Positions 23,961-36,926 of a stretch of DNA of 64,000 nucleotides are shown here, piece after piece (positions within the stretch are counted from its first letter, which is position 1; each line of letters opens with the position of its first letter). The notes beneath the pieces are model-generated. The model saw nothing but the letters and a program-made list of their open reading frames with translations, searched no databases and was not told where the DNA came from. This DNA is from Squalus acanthias. Taxonomy: Eukaryota. The stretch is from positions 61,320,001 through 61,384,000 of the forward strand of contig CM059438.1 in the NCBI GenBank assembly GCA_030390025.1, read 5' to 3'. The position numbers and the translations under genes were made by a program.

Positions 23961-24835
23961 ATAGCTGGGGCTGGGGCTGTGGGTTGGGGGTTGGGGACTG
24001 GGGACTGGGGTCTGGGGCTTGAGGGCTGGATGGACTGAGGTTAGGGGTTGCTGGGGGATTGGGGCTTGGGGCGGGGGTTTGGGCTGCGGGCTGGAGGCTG
24101 GGGCTGTGGGGTGGGGGAGGGAGCATTGCTTGGGGTGCGACAGCAGAATCAGGTCCCTGAGAGAGCAGCGGGTTTTCCTGATCCTGATCCTGACTACAAG
24201 CCCATTTGTTTTCAGCGTCCGGTTGCAGTCTGCCTGACGTCAGCCCTGCTGCACAGGGTGAACCTGGACACTCTCCAGAATCGTTTGTGTGCTGTTATTT
24301 GAATGAGGTAATCTGAAGAGTGAATGAGTGAAGGGATTAGGACCGATTTTGCACTGGTGTGGATCAGCTGCAGTGATGTGTAAAATCTGTGTGCAGGGAG
24401 AGCCAGTATGTACAGATCGTGTGAGGGGAGCCAATGTTCCAGGTGAACGACATTAAAAGCCAGCTGAGGGGTAAAGAATGTAGACGAAGCCCCGTCTGAT
24501 CGATGTTATAACCCTCTCTCAGCCTCCCCAACACAGAGTTCAAAGTCTTTGAGGCTGTTGGCGTCTAAATTGTTCGCTCACTTAAAAATGATTGCTTGCG
24601 AAAGATCCAGAAATCTGCACAAGGATTATTTTCCCAAATATTATGCTTGTTGTCAGGCTGTCCCACCCTTTTTCAGAGAGGTGCACCTTCCCCTCTCACT
24701 GTGTCCCACTGCTTCACACACAGAGGTGATCCGCTCTTCTGTCCGGAGAGAGAAGGGATTGAGCAATGTGGTGAAAAAGTAGGCAGGTGGGCAGGCGCAC
24801 GCTAGTTGGGCCTAATTGTCTTTTCCTGCTCCTAA

Positions 24836-25392
24836 AAAGAAAGAACGTGAATTTCTATAGCGCCTTTCATGACCTCAGGACCTCCTAAAATGTTTTACAG
24901 CCAATAAAGTACTTTTTGCTGTGTAATCACTCTTGTAATGTAGGAAACATGGCAGCCAATTTGCGCACAGCAAGTGCCCACAAACAGTGCTGAGGTAAAT
25001 GACCAATGAATCTGTTGTAGTAATGTTGGCTGAGGGCTAAATGTTATCCAGGAAACCAGGATAACTCCCCTGCTCCTGCTTTAGAATAGTGCCACAAGAT
25101 CTTTTACATCCACCTGACAGGGAAGATAGGGAAATAACAACAGAAAACGCTGGAAAAACTCAGCAGGCCAGGCAGCATCCGTGGAGAGAGAAACAGAGTT
25201 AACGTTTCAGGTCGAAGACCTTTCGTCAGATAGGGCCTCAGTTTAACATCTCATCCAAAAACCAACACTCCCTCAGTACTGCACTGGGAGTGTCAGCCTA
25301 GATTTTGTGCTTAAGACCCTGGAGTCAGATTTGAACCCACAACCTTCCTACTCAGAGGCAAGACATGCTACCACTGAGCCACGCCTGACACT
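24836..25392 (-). mobile_element. Deu-domain SINE interrupted by a ~98-bp insertion
   Basis: Matches the family on both sides of 25132-25229. Confidence 0.85.
25132..25229 (-). ncRNA. Second ~98-bp Penelope-like insertion with a minimal hammerhead core
   Basis: Minus strand reads CUGACGA-A-AGGUC-UUC-GACCU-GAAACGUU. It is flanked by AGATAGGG (25124-25131 and 25228-25235). Confidence 0.7.
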
Positions 25393-25919
25393 ACATTAAT
25401 GACCTTAAGCCCAGGAGATCAGTCAGAGTCAGGAGCGCATCTTTGTGGCAGGTGGAAGCCCCTCCACGCTGGACATGCACCCCAAATCCACAAAAGAGGA
25501 AAATCAATGCTCAACCCTTTAAACTCACAAGGGAGCAGCGAGTTGTTGTGATCTGGAATGCACTGCCTGAAAAGGTGGTGGAAGCAGATTCAATAGGAAC
25601 TTTCAAAACGGAATTGAATATATAGTTGAAAAGGAAACATTTGCAGGGCTGTGGGGAAAGAGCAGGGAGTGGGACTAATTGGAGAGCTCTTTCAAAGAGA
25701 CGGCACAGGCACGATGGGCTGAATGGCCTCCTTCTGTGCTGTAAGATTCTATCATTTTATGATAAAGAAATTTTCAGAAGCTATGGGTAGAAAAGGCTAA
25801 GAGCACTGACAGTGTTCATCGTTTGAAGCTACTTTGCATTTATATAGCATCAGTCGTGATCTCTGGATGTCCCAAAGCACTTCACAGTGTGGTTACTGTA
25901 GGGAAATGCTATGATGATG

Positions 25920-27152
25920 AATAGTATAAAGCGCCATCTTGAATGGTGGAAGTTAATGAGAGATAGCCAGCATGGTTCCAGGAGTGGCAAATCGTGCTTA
26001 AGCAATTTATTGGATTAACTTAGTGAATGGGGTGAGACAGTGCACGTTGCACACCTACATTTCAGGAGGGCATTTGACATTGTCCTACATCATTGGCTAT
26101 TGTATATGGTTTGGCCCATGGGTTAGAGGGTAACTGAATTAGAAATTAGCTGCTTGACAGACAGTAGTGAATAAGGAAGTCTCTGAATGGCAGCCAGTTA
26201 TTAATGGTGTAACAGTGTTGGGATCATTGTTGTTTATGATTATTAGAAATGACTTGGCGAATGGAATCGTGCTCCAAATTGACACCAAATTGGGAGCTGT
26301 GGCAATGATGATTATCAAGGTGCACCAATACGAAAGGATTGAGAGCAGCGAGGTCTATGGGCTGAGAAGTGGTGGATGCAGTTTAATATGGAGAACTTTA
26401 TACATTATCAGATTTAATTATATAATTTTAAAGGGGGTGAAGGAACAGAGAGGCCTGGGGGTGTGTGTACACAAATCTTTTAAGATGGCAGGACAAGTTG
26501 AGAAGGCTGTTAAAAAGGCATACGGGATCCTTGGCTTTATTAATAGAGGCCTAGAGTGCAAAAGCAAGGCAATTATGCTAAACCTTTATAAAACACTGGT
26601 TAGGCCTCAGCTGGAGTATTGTTCTCAATTCTGGGCACCACACTTTAAGAAGAATGCCTTAGAGAGGGTGCTGAAATGATTTACTCGAATGGCACCAGGG
26701 ATGAGGGACTTCAGTTATGTGGACAGACTAGAGAAGCTGGGGTTGTTCTTCTTAGAGCAGAGAAGGTTCAGAGGAGATTTGATAGAGGTGTTCAAAATCA
26801 TGAAAGGTTTTGATAGAGTAAATAAGGAGAAACTGTTTCCAGTGGCAGAAGGGTCAGGTAACCAGAGGACACAGGTTTAAGGTGATTGGCAAAAGAACCA
26901 GAGGCGACATGGGGAAACATATTTTTACACAGCGAGTTGTGATCTGGAATGCACTCTCTGATAGGGTGATGGAAACAGATTCAATAGTATTTTTCAAAAG
27001 GGAATTGGATAAATACTTAAAGGAAAAAAATTTGCAGGGCTATGGGGAAAGAGCGGGGTAGTGGGACTGGTTGGATAGCTCTACAAAACAGGCGGCACAG
27101 GCTTGATGGGCGAAATGGCCTCCTTCTGTGCTGTATCATTCTATGATTCTAG
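25920..27152 (+). mobile_element. CR1 LINE fragment (decayed 5' part, better-preserved 3' part)
   Basis: [21 protein letters not shown] and LEQRRFRGDLIE, with an ATTCTATGATTCTA tail. Confidence 0.9.
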
Positions 27153-27464
27153 CAGAGGGAAGGAGAGTGTGGATTATGCGCTGAATGGAAATGTGCTTAC
27201 TGTGTCAAAATAGGAAGAGGATTTGGGGGTTTTGGTGGACGGATCACTGAAGTGGTTGCTACAGTAGTCATAGACACTTAAAAAAACACAAACACAATGT
27301 TGGGATTAACTGATCAGTTGAGAGGAGTATTTCTAAAATTATATCTGGAGCATTGCATTCAGTTTGGGTTTCAAGAAGGATATTAAGTTGTTCGATAAGT
27401 TATTCTGGAAATAGTGGAGAACCAAGGGTCTAACGAGAATGAGGAACTGAAAGAAATTAGTATT

Positions 27465-28069
27465 AGTATAAGAGTAAAGACGTCTTACTGCAATTATATA
27501 GGGCCCTGGTGAGACCACACCTGGAGTATTTGGTCTCCTTACCTAAGGAAGGATATACTTGCCATAGAGGGAGTTCAACGATGGTTCACCAGACTGATTC
27601 CTGGGATGGGGGGATTGTCCTATGAGGAGAGATTGAGTAGACTAGGCCTATATTCGCTCGAGTTTAGAAGAATGAGAGGTGATCTCATTGAAACATACAA
27701 AATTCTTACAGGGCTTGACAGGGTAGACGCAGGGAGGATGTTTCCCCTGGCTGGGGAGTCTAGAACCAGGGGTCACAGTCTCAGAATAAGGTGTCGGCCA
27801 TTTAGGACTGAGATGAGGAGAAATTTCTTCACTCAGAGGGCGGTGAATCTTTGGAATTCTCTACCCCAGAGGGCTGTGGAGGCTCAGTCGTTGATTACAT
27901 TCAAGACAGAGATCGATAGATTTTTGGATATTAGGGGAATCAAGGGATATGGGGATAGTGCAGGAACGTGGAGTTGTGGTAGAAGATCAGTCATGATCTT
28001 ATTGAATGGCGGAGCAGGCGCGAGAGGCCAAATGACCTACACCTGCTCCTATTTCTTATGTTCTTATGT
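27465..28069 (+). mobile_element. CR1 3' fragment with CTTATGTT-type tail
   Basis: ORF 27606..28166 (LEFRRMRGDLIETYKI...FFTQRAVNLWNSLP). Confidence 0.92.
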
Positions 28070-28475
28070 AGAATGCAAAGGTGGGCTGCTAGATTACTTC
28101 CAGAACTATGGCGACAGAGCTTCAAGGAAAGTTGCCAACCCTGGGAAAGAGAAGACAGAGGGGTGATTTGATAGAAGTGTTTAAGATAATGATGGGTTTG
28201 GAGAATATGGATACAGATACGTTTTTCTGTCATGTGCGTAGCTCGAAAACAAGAGTTCATCGTTTCAAATTAGGGACAACAAAAAGAAGAGAAATTCAGG
28301 CAAAATCTTTTCAGTAAAAGGGAGATAAACTTCTGGAATGGAACCAGAAACTATAGGGTTCAAAGGGGACTAGACAGCTTCCTGTCAGCAAAGAGGGTTA
28401 CTCAGGGTTGGAAATACACCAGTTATAGGAAGTTCGATGGCCAGGTAAATGGACCTGCAATCAACTCTTGCCTAT

Positions 28476-29120
28476 AACTGAGAGCTTTATAATGAGAGTG
28501 GGGTGTAACGATGTGTGTTAAAACTGAGAGCTTTATAATGAGAGTGGGGTGTAACGACGTGTGTTAAAACTGAGAGCTTTATAATGAGAGTGGGGTGTAA
28601 CAGAGGGTGTGTTAAAACTGAGAGCTTTATAATGAGAGCGGGGTGTAACAGAGGGTGTGTTAAAACTGAGAGCTTTATAATGAGAGTGAGGTGTAACAGA
28701 GGGTATGTTAAAACTGAGAGCTTTATAATGAGAGTGTGGTGTAACAGAGGGTGTGTTAAAACTGAGAGCTTTATAATGAGAGTGGGGTGTAACAGAGGGT
28801 GTGTTAAAACTGAGAGCTTTATAATGAGAGTGGGGTGTAACAGAGGGTGTGTTACAACTGAAAGCTTTAAAAAGTAAGAAAGACTTGCATTTATATAACG
28901 CCTTTCATGACCTCAGGACGTCCCAAAGCACTTTACAGCCAATAAAATACTTCTGAAGTGTAGTCACTGTCGTAATCGAGATAATGAGAGTGGGGTGTAA
29001 CAGAGGGAGTGTTACAACTGAGAGCTTTATAATGAGAGTGGGATGTACTAGAGAGAGTTTTAATACTGAGAGCTTTATAATGAGAGTGGGGTTTAACAGA
29101 ATACCTGAGTACTGTATAAT
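28476..29120. repeat. 48-bp minisatellite interrupted by a SINE tail fragment at ~28871-28977
   Basis: Unit AACTGAGAGCTTTATAATGAGAGTGGGGTGTAACAGAGGGTGTGTTAA, about 8 copies before the interruption and about 3 after. Confidence 0.92.
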
Positions 29121-29631
29121 GAAGCTAGGATAAGTGGGACTCGGTGTCGGGTTTTTAACAAATAAATATACTTGGATTTTATAACTGGAGAGAATATCCA
29201 TGCTGCGTAGAGACTGAGTCTGGTATCTGTTCAGGGGTTAGACAGAACAGTAGGAGAGGCTGATTAAATTCCCTTGGCAGGTCTGTAAATCTATCGGGCT
29301 GTGATTCCACGGGCTAACATGCGCAGCAGCGAGACTCACAGACAAGTTTTTTGTTTTTAAGGCAGATTTATTTTTAGCACGCACTCAGCACAGGCTGAAG
29401 ATTTTCAGCCGGACTGTCCTGTAGCCCTGTGCTCAGCACACAGTGCACTGATATCACTGCTGTTTGTGAGCTGGCGGCAGGCACCAGCTCTGCCCAACCC
29501 CTGTTCCAGGGAAGTCCCCGTTGGCCCGACAACCTCGAGCAGCAAACAGGATGTTTGGTACCTGCTGGCGTGAAACTCCTGGCCTGGGGCCCAGTCCCTG
29601 AGACAATCGCTCCTCAGCTCTTCGAGCGGAT

Positions 29632-31102
29632 TAGGGGTTGCCGACCCTCCAGGATTGCCCTGAATTCCAGGAATCGAATTTTAATCTCCGGGACACTGCC
29701 ACAAGCAATCCAGGAGAAAAATCATAGGGGCATTACAAAAAACATTGGGCTAGAAATTCGTTATAACCAAGGAATGGGCGGTGTTGGGACAAAACATGGT
29801 GAATTAGCGCCAAGTGCAAATGCTCCAGACTGCACACAAAATTTGTCCTCACTGTGCAATAAAATGATTGGAATCTTAAATCAAGTTTAAAAACCCAAGC
29901 TCATTGGCGTTACACTTAAAGGCTGGACCAGTATCGGGTGCAGTCTAATTGCAGCTCATGATTGCCACAGGCTTTTTCACTATTTAAAGGGAAGGTTCAT
30001 TGATGCTGCAGCACCTCATTCTCAGCATTGTTGGCAGTGCCGCTGCCTCAACAACCATAAGAAGAAGAACAAGGAGAAGGAGCACTTATTTACAAATCCT
30101 CATGGCAGATCGCCGCCCCAGGGAGAGAGCCCGCAGTTTTTCCCATGAAGCTTTGGAGGCATTGGTTTTAGCACTGAAGAGAAGGAGGGCAGTCCTGTAC
30201 CCACCAACTGGCAGGAGGCCCTAGCCACAAGTCTGCCGCACTATGTGGAGGGAGGTGACACACCACATCACGGACCGCCCGTCCAGAAGCCCGATTGTCT
30301 GGCTGCCTCCTCCCTCCCATTCCTCGTCTTCTTCCTCATCGTCCTCGTCCTCCTCCCTCTGCGCACATTTTCCCGTCTTTCTTGCTGCCTATGCTCCCTC
30401 TGCTGTAGATCCTGGAGGGCAAGGTGACATTCCAGTACAGCCCCCATTAATCTTACCAAGTGTTACAGTTTGAATTTTTGAAGAATAACTTTAGCTACCT
30501 TGTACTTGCCACAAGACTCCTGATACAAAAGAACCTTGAAATGACTCAATGAAACTGTTGCAGTAGCTGAAACTAACAAAAAGCCACTGAAACTGCACTA
30601 ACCTGACAGGTGCGAGTGATTACTGATGATCCCTTTAAATAACGTCCCTGCAGCCGGCTTCCTGGTGCTGCACGCCAGCTCTCCCTGTCAGTGTCTACTC
30701 CAGGCAGTGAGGTAAGTGGCTAAAAGCAATTTGGGAAATCGGGAGTTCAGTGAGCGTTGCACACTCACTGATGTCACGATCTCCCTGGCGTTGAGGTCCC
30801 CCGCAACAGCTGTTACCGGCAGCGCTACGGGGGTCCCGATTTGGTGTGCGGTGCTGGATTCGCCTCGCCCTGTCGGTACTGGTCTCAATGACGCATCTGG
30901 CGCCAACGGGCGGTGCTAAGGGGATGAATTCTTCCCCCATTATGTGATTTTTTTTTCAAATCTCTTTGAACACTTTCGTTTATTAGTTACAGAAATATTG
31001 GAAATGGGAACAAAAGACTATTTGAGTATGCAGGGCAGTTGGAGGCGTGAGATCATGTGATGAAACCTCCAGGAATAAGTCCAACCAGAGTTGGCAACCC
31101 TG
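29632..31102. mobile_element. Non-autonomous hAT-like element (~280 bp of its own sequence) split by a Harbinger insertion
   Basis: Ends TAGGGGTTGCC and GGCAACCCTG, with 8-bp TSD GAGCGGAT / GAGCAGAT (29624-29631 and 31103-31110). Confidence 0.75.
29747..30938. mobile_element. Internally deleted Harbinger element, 1,192 bp
   Basis: Ends GGGCTAGAAATTC and GAATTCTTCCCCC with TSD ATT. It holds a Myb remnant on + (MADRRPRERARSFSHEALEALV, from ~30101) and a transposase N-terminus on - (MGAVLECHLALQDL, from 30447). Confidence 0.85.
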
Positions 31103-31444
31103 GAGCAGATGGGAATGAAATGAGCCTCCAACCCGAGCACATGCGGAGCTTAGATTCACACCTCAGGCAATGGATATGACTTCTACTGTGCTACCCATGT
31201 TTCTCATAACCAAAAACCAAAAAATCTGATACGGTCACTGTCACAAAAGGAGCTTTATTGTAAGAAAATAATTAATTATAATTTTTATAAGGGCAGCAAA
31301 TGATTTCCTGAAGGTAAGCGATTGCTGGTTAATCAATTATAACACAGCCTTATATCACTGGGACTGCAGGTGAGACACTTACAAAAGTGACCACTGAGGC
31401 AGGTTGATTAATTGGTTGATAATATTCATCAAACTTTACTCATA

Positions 31445-32504
31445 GGGGGAGAAATTCGATACCTTAGCGCCTCCAGTTAGCGCCTGGCGGGGGCGCCAAC
31501 AGGGCGCTGAGGCAGTTGCTCCACGGCAAGGCAAATCCAGCGATGCACACCAAATCCCGCACCCCCGTAGCACCGCCACTATGAGTTAGCGCCAGGGACT
31601 TTAGCGGCAGGCAGATTGTGACGTCGGTGAGCATGCAGCGCTCACTGGGCGCCCGATCTGTGAAATTGATTATCGCCCCCTGCCTTAGAGCCTCGCTCTG
31701 ACAGCGACAGGAAGAGGAGGCGTGAAGCGGTCAGTAGCCAGCTCCAGGGGCGCTACTTAAAGGTATCATAAGTAATGAGTCGCAGCTCTCAGGTTAATGC
31801 TGTTTCATTGCTTTCTTGTCAGTTTGACATTGTGCAACAGTTTATATCAGTCATTTAAAGGTTGTTTAGTCTCCAGAGTGTTGTGGCTACTAAAAATTAG
31901 TTACATTTATTCTCACAACATATCAAAGTGCTACACTTCCTTACATTAATGGACGCTGTACTGGCAGTCAACCTCGCACTCCAGGATCTACGGTGGAGGG
32001 AGCGGAGGCAGCGAGAATGACTGGAACATGTGGCCAGAGGGAGGAGGAGGGCCATCAGGGCTCTCAACAGGAGGCCTTACCCTCCGAGGGTTTTCCGACA
32101 GCACTTCTCCTAACTCCAATTAAGTGAGGAGCAGTGTATTAGAAGGCTCCACTTCACCAAGGAGGTGGTCACAGAAATCTGCCACCTCCTGCAACCAGAC
32201 CTCCAACCTCAGATCAGGACGACCACGGGTCTCTCAGTGGCAGTCAAGGTCACTGTGGCCCTCAGTTTCTTCGCCAGCAGATCCTTCCAGTCTGCAACAG
32301 GAGACATAGCTAACATCTCACAGTTCGCCATCCATTGCTGCATCCGGGAGGTCACTGAGGCTTTCTACAACAGGAGAAGGGACTACATTGGCTTCCTGAT
32401 CACTAGAGCGAAGCAGGACGAACGTTCATGTGGCTTTGCCAGGATAGCAGGCTTCCCCATGGTGCAGGACTCCATCGACTGCACCCCTGTGGCTTTGCTG
32501 GCAC
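31445..32504 (+). pseudogene. Truncated Harbinger: one end plus a decayed transposase 5' half (ATG at 31949)
   Basis: TIR GGGGGAGAAATTC. The frame reads RRPYPPRVFR...VVTEICHLLQPDLQPQ...GFPMVQDSIDCT with two in-frame stops and is cut off by L2 sequence. Confidence 0.9.
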
Positions 32505-33350
32505 CATCTCTCTTGACCCCTCTATTGCCTCCATGGTTGTTCAGCATCCAGTCCCATATAGGGTTTAACTTCTTCCAGCTAAACATTGGGAATACCAAAG
32601 CCGTTGCCTTCAGTCCCCAACACAAACTCAAGTTTCTCACCATTAACTGCATTCTCCTCCCTAACCACTGTCTCAGTCTGAACCACACTATTTGCAACCT
32701 TAGTGTCCTGTTCGACACTGAGCTGAATTTCCAACTCCTTATTCTTTTCATCACAAAGACCGCCTACTTCCGCCTCTGTAACATTGCCCACCTCTGCCCC
32801 TCTACCATTGGAACCCTCAAGCATGCCATGCTCATCTCAACAGACTCGATCACTCCATTGCTCTCCTTGCTGGTTCCCATCCTCCACAAACTTCAGATCT
32901 TCCAAAACTCTGCTGCTTGAATCCTATCCAACGCCATGTGCCGCTCATTCACTAACCATCATCGGTCCCCCGACATCTAAAATTTAAAATTCTTGTCCTT
33001 GCCTTTAAATCCCTCCGTGTCCTCGCCCCCTCCCTATCTCCATAATCACCTCCAATCCTAAACCCCCACACCACGGACTCCAGCCTTGTGTATTCCCCTG
33101 CCTTTCATCCCAGCACTGGCGGCCTTGCCTACATCCTACTCTCTAGAATTCTTTCCCTAGGCCCCTCCATTTCTCTGCTTGCCTCTCTTCCTTTAAGACC
33201 CTCCTTAAAACTCACCTCTTCAGCCAAGCTTTTGCTCACCTCTCCTAATCTCTCCTTCTTTGGCTCGACATCCTTCACCCTCACTCATCTGTGAAGCAGC
33301 TTGGGAAAAGTTTCTATGTTAGAGGCACTGTATAAGTGGATGTTGTTGCT
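32505..33350 (+). mobile_element. Decayed L2 LINE 3' fragment
   Basis: NFFQLNIGNTKAV and KLQIFQNSAA, with a TGTTGTTG tail. Confidence 0.85.
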
Positions 33351-34571
33351 GTTCACACCACCACCAGTTTAAAGCAAGAAGGATGAAACATGTGCTGGTC
33401 AACGTATCTGTAGTATAGAAGAGAGGAAGGTTCACTGATCTTGCAAAGCAAAGAATGACAAGCAAGGTTACAATGTAGAAAGGCTACAGGCTTGAGGTGA
33501 GAGGGAGGGGTCACCTCTCAGACAGGCCTCTTTTGGTACTTTGTCCACGATCCAAGAGGCTCCTCAGATAGAGAGTCAAGTTCCAAGCAACATCTGGATG
33601 TGACTGCACTATACTGCATGGTCGCTGCAGGTGTCCTTGCAGCAGATGGCATGGCTCTGCCTCTGGCTTTCTCCTGACCCAGCCCCGATGAAGACAGTTT
33701 GCTGTAGCCATTGCCAGGTAGGTGCACCAGGACCTGCAGATGTGCTTGGTGGCATATTGCTGGATGAGGCCAATCAGGGTACAGTGGATGCTGATCACCC
33801 TGCCATGCCTTCATTCATGAAGTGCCACTGAAAGTATGACATACTGTGATTGGCATGATTCTGAGGAAGCATCCAAGGTTATGCCTGCACTAATCATAGG
33901 CCAATGTTCTCCTCTGTCTGCCAACAGAGCACCTCTCGTGCAGCCTGGACTGGTTAGCAACCCTTCTTTGGCCGCCTTCTTCTCCCTCCAAGAACCCCAG
34001 CGACAGGGGAAATTCCCAATGGGATCACCCAGCACTGCCAGGAGGCCAAAACATTTTTTACAATTGGCACAAAGGCTCAAGAGAAACCTATATGCCAGCA
34101 GAGAAAAGACAAAAGATAGAAAAAAAGGGTAACAAATGATTGAAATACACTTCTCTTAAGATGATTGTGTCCTTTCCATGGCTGCCTTCTGCACTGTAAT
34201 TATTACGATTCTATGAATCTGTCCAAATATGGATTCATTCCAAATTTGTTTTCCGATCCAGTCAATCTCCACTTAAAGCCCACTCATTAAGAGGAGGAAT
34301 GGCTGTCTGCATTGCCTCATCGTTCTCCTGCGTTAGTCTGATTGCAACACGAGTAGCAGATTTCAACTTCCTCCGCACATGAAACCAGACTTCCTGCCCA
34401 ACGTGTACAGCACATAAGGAACTGAATCATGTGTTAACATGTGGATATATCAGGAGTGTGCACCATTTGTATGGCTGATGTAACCATCTGAGATACCAGG
34501 CGACTACATTTACGCTTCTCCGTGTAAGTTTTCCAAAATTTGCAGATCCCCAAAACCTAAGGAAAAAGGAC

Positions 34572-35878
34572 TTTGGAACTACCCCAGAGTGATAAAAATG
34601 CATTTGGGCCTAACATAAGGAATTTAAGACCAAAAACCAAGTTTTGGCATTTTAAAAGACATGTCTGGACCTGTAAGGGAGAAAAGGCTGCACGGGAGGT
34701 GGGTTCGACCTTTGTAAAAGCAGTTTTGGGTATTGCAGTTAAATTGCATTGTCTGGGGAATCGGGATGACCTCACTCAAGCCCCAGCAAGCATTAACATT
34801 TTGACAATAGACCCTAGGAGAAGACAGTCTCATCCCATCAAAAACCAATCAGCCAAGAAGATCGACAGGATGCAAACCATCCCAAAAAAAAACATTTGAC
34901 ACTTACAGAACCCATTAAAGACATGCATAAAGATAGGAGTCCTAGGCCCAGCAAGAAACCCAAAACATGAGGAGATTGCAAACTCCGATTAAACAACAGA
35001 TCGACAGGATGGAGCTATCCGGAAACCACTTCACATATTTACAAACCAGTTAACACGCTAGTAAAGTCGTTACTGTTAACGAGGTCTTACAATGGCCAGG
35101 ATTTGATTTGGTTTTGACAAGGCTACTTCAATTTAGTATAATTGAAGGCCCATCAAGTAGTTACAACAGTTACAAGTTCGAGTTCTCCAGTAAAACAGTT
35201 CAAGTTCAACAGAAGGCAGTTCTGCAGTTTTCGAATTCAATCGAAAAGCCTGTTTTCAGCAAGAAGTCAGGGCTAGAGTTACAGAGTTCAGGACAAGCAG
35301 GCAGAAGGCAGTTTCCACAGTTGTGCAAGAAGGCAGTTCTACAGCTCGGAAGAAGACAGTTTAAACAGAGGCAGAGTTACAGCAAGAAGTTCAACAAAGA
35401 AGGCCAACAACTTCACAAGCAGACCGACACGCAAGAAGAAACCAGAGCGACTGCCTCAGTGACCATCGGACACCTCGCGGCAACAAGGGCCTTACGAAAC
35501 CTTTTACTCAAAAGACTCTAAACCCTAACTCTCAACTGTCAAGGATTCGTTTGGTGAGCATTATCCCTGGTTCTCCAGAGTCCAACCTAGCTAGTGAAGT
35601 GGGATTGGGAGGGGTGAAGTATTCTTCTAAGGTTATTTCCCTCGCTTGTACCGAAGTGTTCCCCACCTTTAGAGTGATAAGAGTGTTTGTGTTGTGTTTT
35701 ACTTCCTTGAATAAAAGTCAAAGTTCTTTCATCAAACCTGTTGTCTACTGCACCTTTGTTCACGACCCCTAAATAAGTCCAAGGTCTAGAACCAGGGGCG
35801 TGGGAGCGATTCGAACCGCTCACTGAGTCAGAGGTGAGGCTGACCCCCACACACCACCCCATACATCCGTCACCAACA
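34572..35878 (+). mobile_element. Probable solo LTR, ~1.3 kb
   Basis: Ends TTTGG...CCAACA (left end one base short of TGTTGG), flanked by GGAC/GGAC. It has internal direct repeats, a TATA-like site near 35136 and AATAAA at 35710. Confidence 0.5.
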
Positions 35879-36689
35879 GGACTTGCCCTGTTCTTGAGTT
35901 TCAACAGCCCTCCTTATCCTGTACAAATTGGCCAGATCGCAGAATCCCCATGCTCTATAGCCTGGAACCTCGTACTGGGATATAGACTAACTGTACTGTA
36001 CACAGACATTCCTAAAATATGCCAGACAGACTTGAATTCTGACCAACATGTATTAGAATTCCCTAGAACGATGGATGAAATTCCAGTGATTATAGGTCTG
36101 ATTTTTTTCTAATCCTGTGCCAGCAATTGTTTTCAAATGTTAACGTTTGAGCCCAGATTTCTTACTGTTTCCCGGTGCCTGTGGTTCTTTGTTCGGTAAA
36201 TGATGATCTACAAAAGACTTGCAATTCCCCAAGGGCACTCGAGAGTTGCTACTTTAGAACTACCCCATGCAGAGAGCTTGTCATACTTGAAGGGATTTCC
36301 AGGCAGAGTCGTGGATGTGAAGACCCAGGAATCATTTCAGAAATAGTTGAAGTGTCAACCTGGAGTGGAGCTTGAACCCATGACCACAAAGTACTGGGAA
36401 TCATTAATAACAACCATGTGGCCACCCAGTCACCAGGTTCCTTCTCCTCCTCCTTAACTGCGCACTGTGATTCACGTGGTACTACCACCCTAAGCCCGTT
36501 AACTGAACTTTCCTGGGTGTGTGTCGCTGCGCTAGTGCTTGCAAATGTTGGTGAGCGAGATGCAGGATATTGTGTGGTGCTGCCTTTAGCTGGACCACTG
36601 ACAGAAAAGGAACACAGGTGCTGGCTCCAAAAATCCACCTTCAAATAGAAGTTGCATTGCAAGATACGGAAATAAAAAGCAGGTATCAG

Positions 36690-36926
36690 TAAAAGCGACC
36701 GTGAAGCTGTCAATTGTTGTAAAAACCCCCCAACTGGTTCACTGATGTCCTTTCGGGAAGGAAACCTGCCGTCCTTACCCGGTCTGGCGTATATGTGACT
36801 CCAGCCCACACTAGCGTGGTTGACTCTTAACTGCCCTCTGAAGTGGCTGAGCAAGCCACTCCGTTGTAACCAGGGCAACTAGGGATGGGCAATAAACGCC
36901 CACATCTCGAGAATGGACATAAAAAT
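36690..36926 (+). mobile_element. SINE-like fragment sharing the 3' tail of the 2654-3176 LINE
   Basis: AGGGCAACTAGGGATGGGCAATAAA matches 3099-3124. Confidence 0.55.

Noticed and set aside
32165..32920. Transposase-RT fusion ORF (251 aa)
   Set aside because: Chance read-through from a decayed Harbinger into a decayed L2; the transposase frame has upstream stops.
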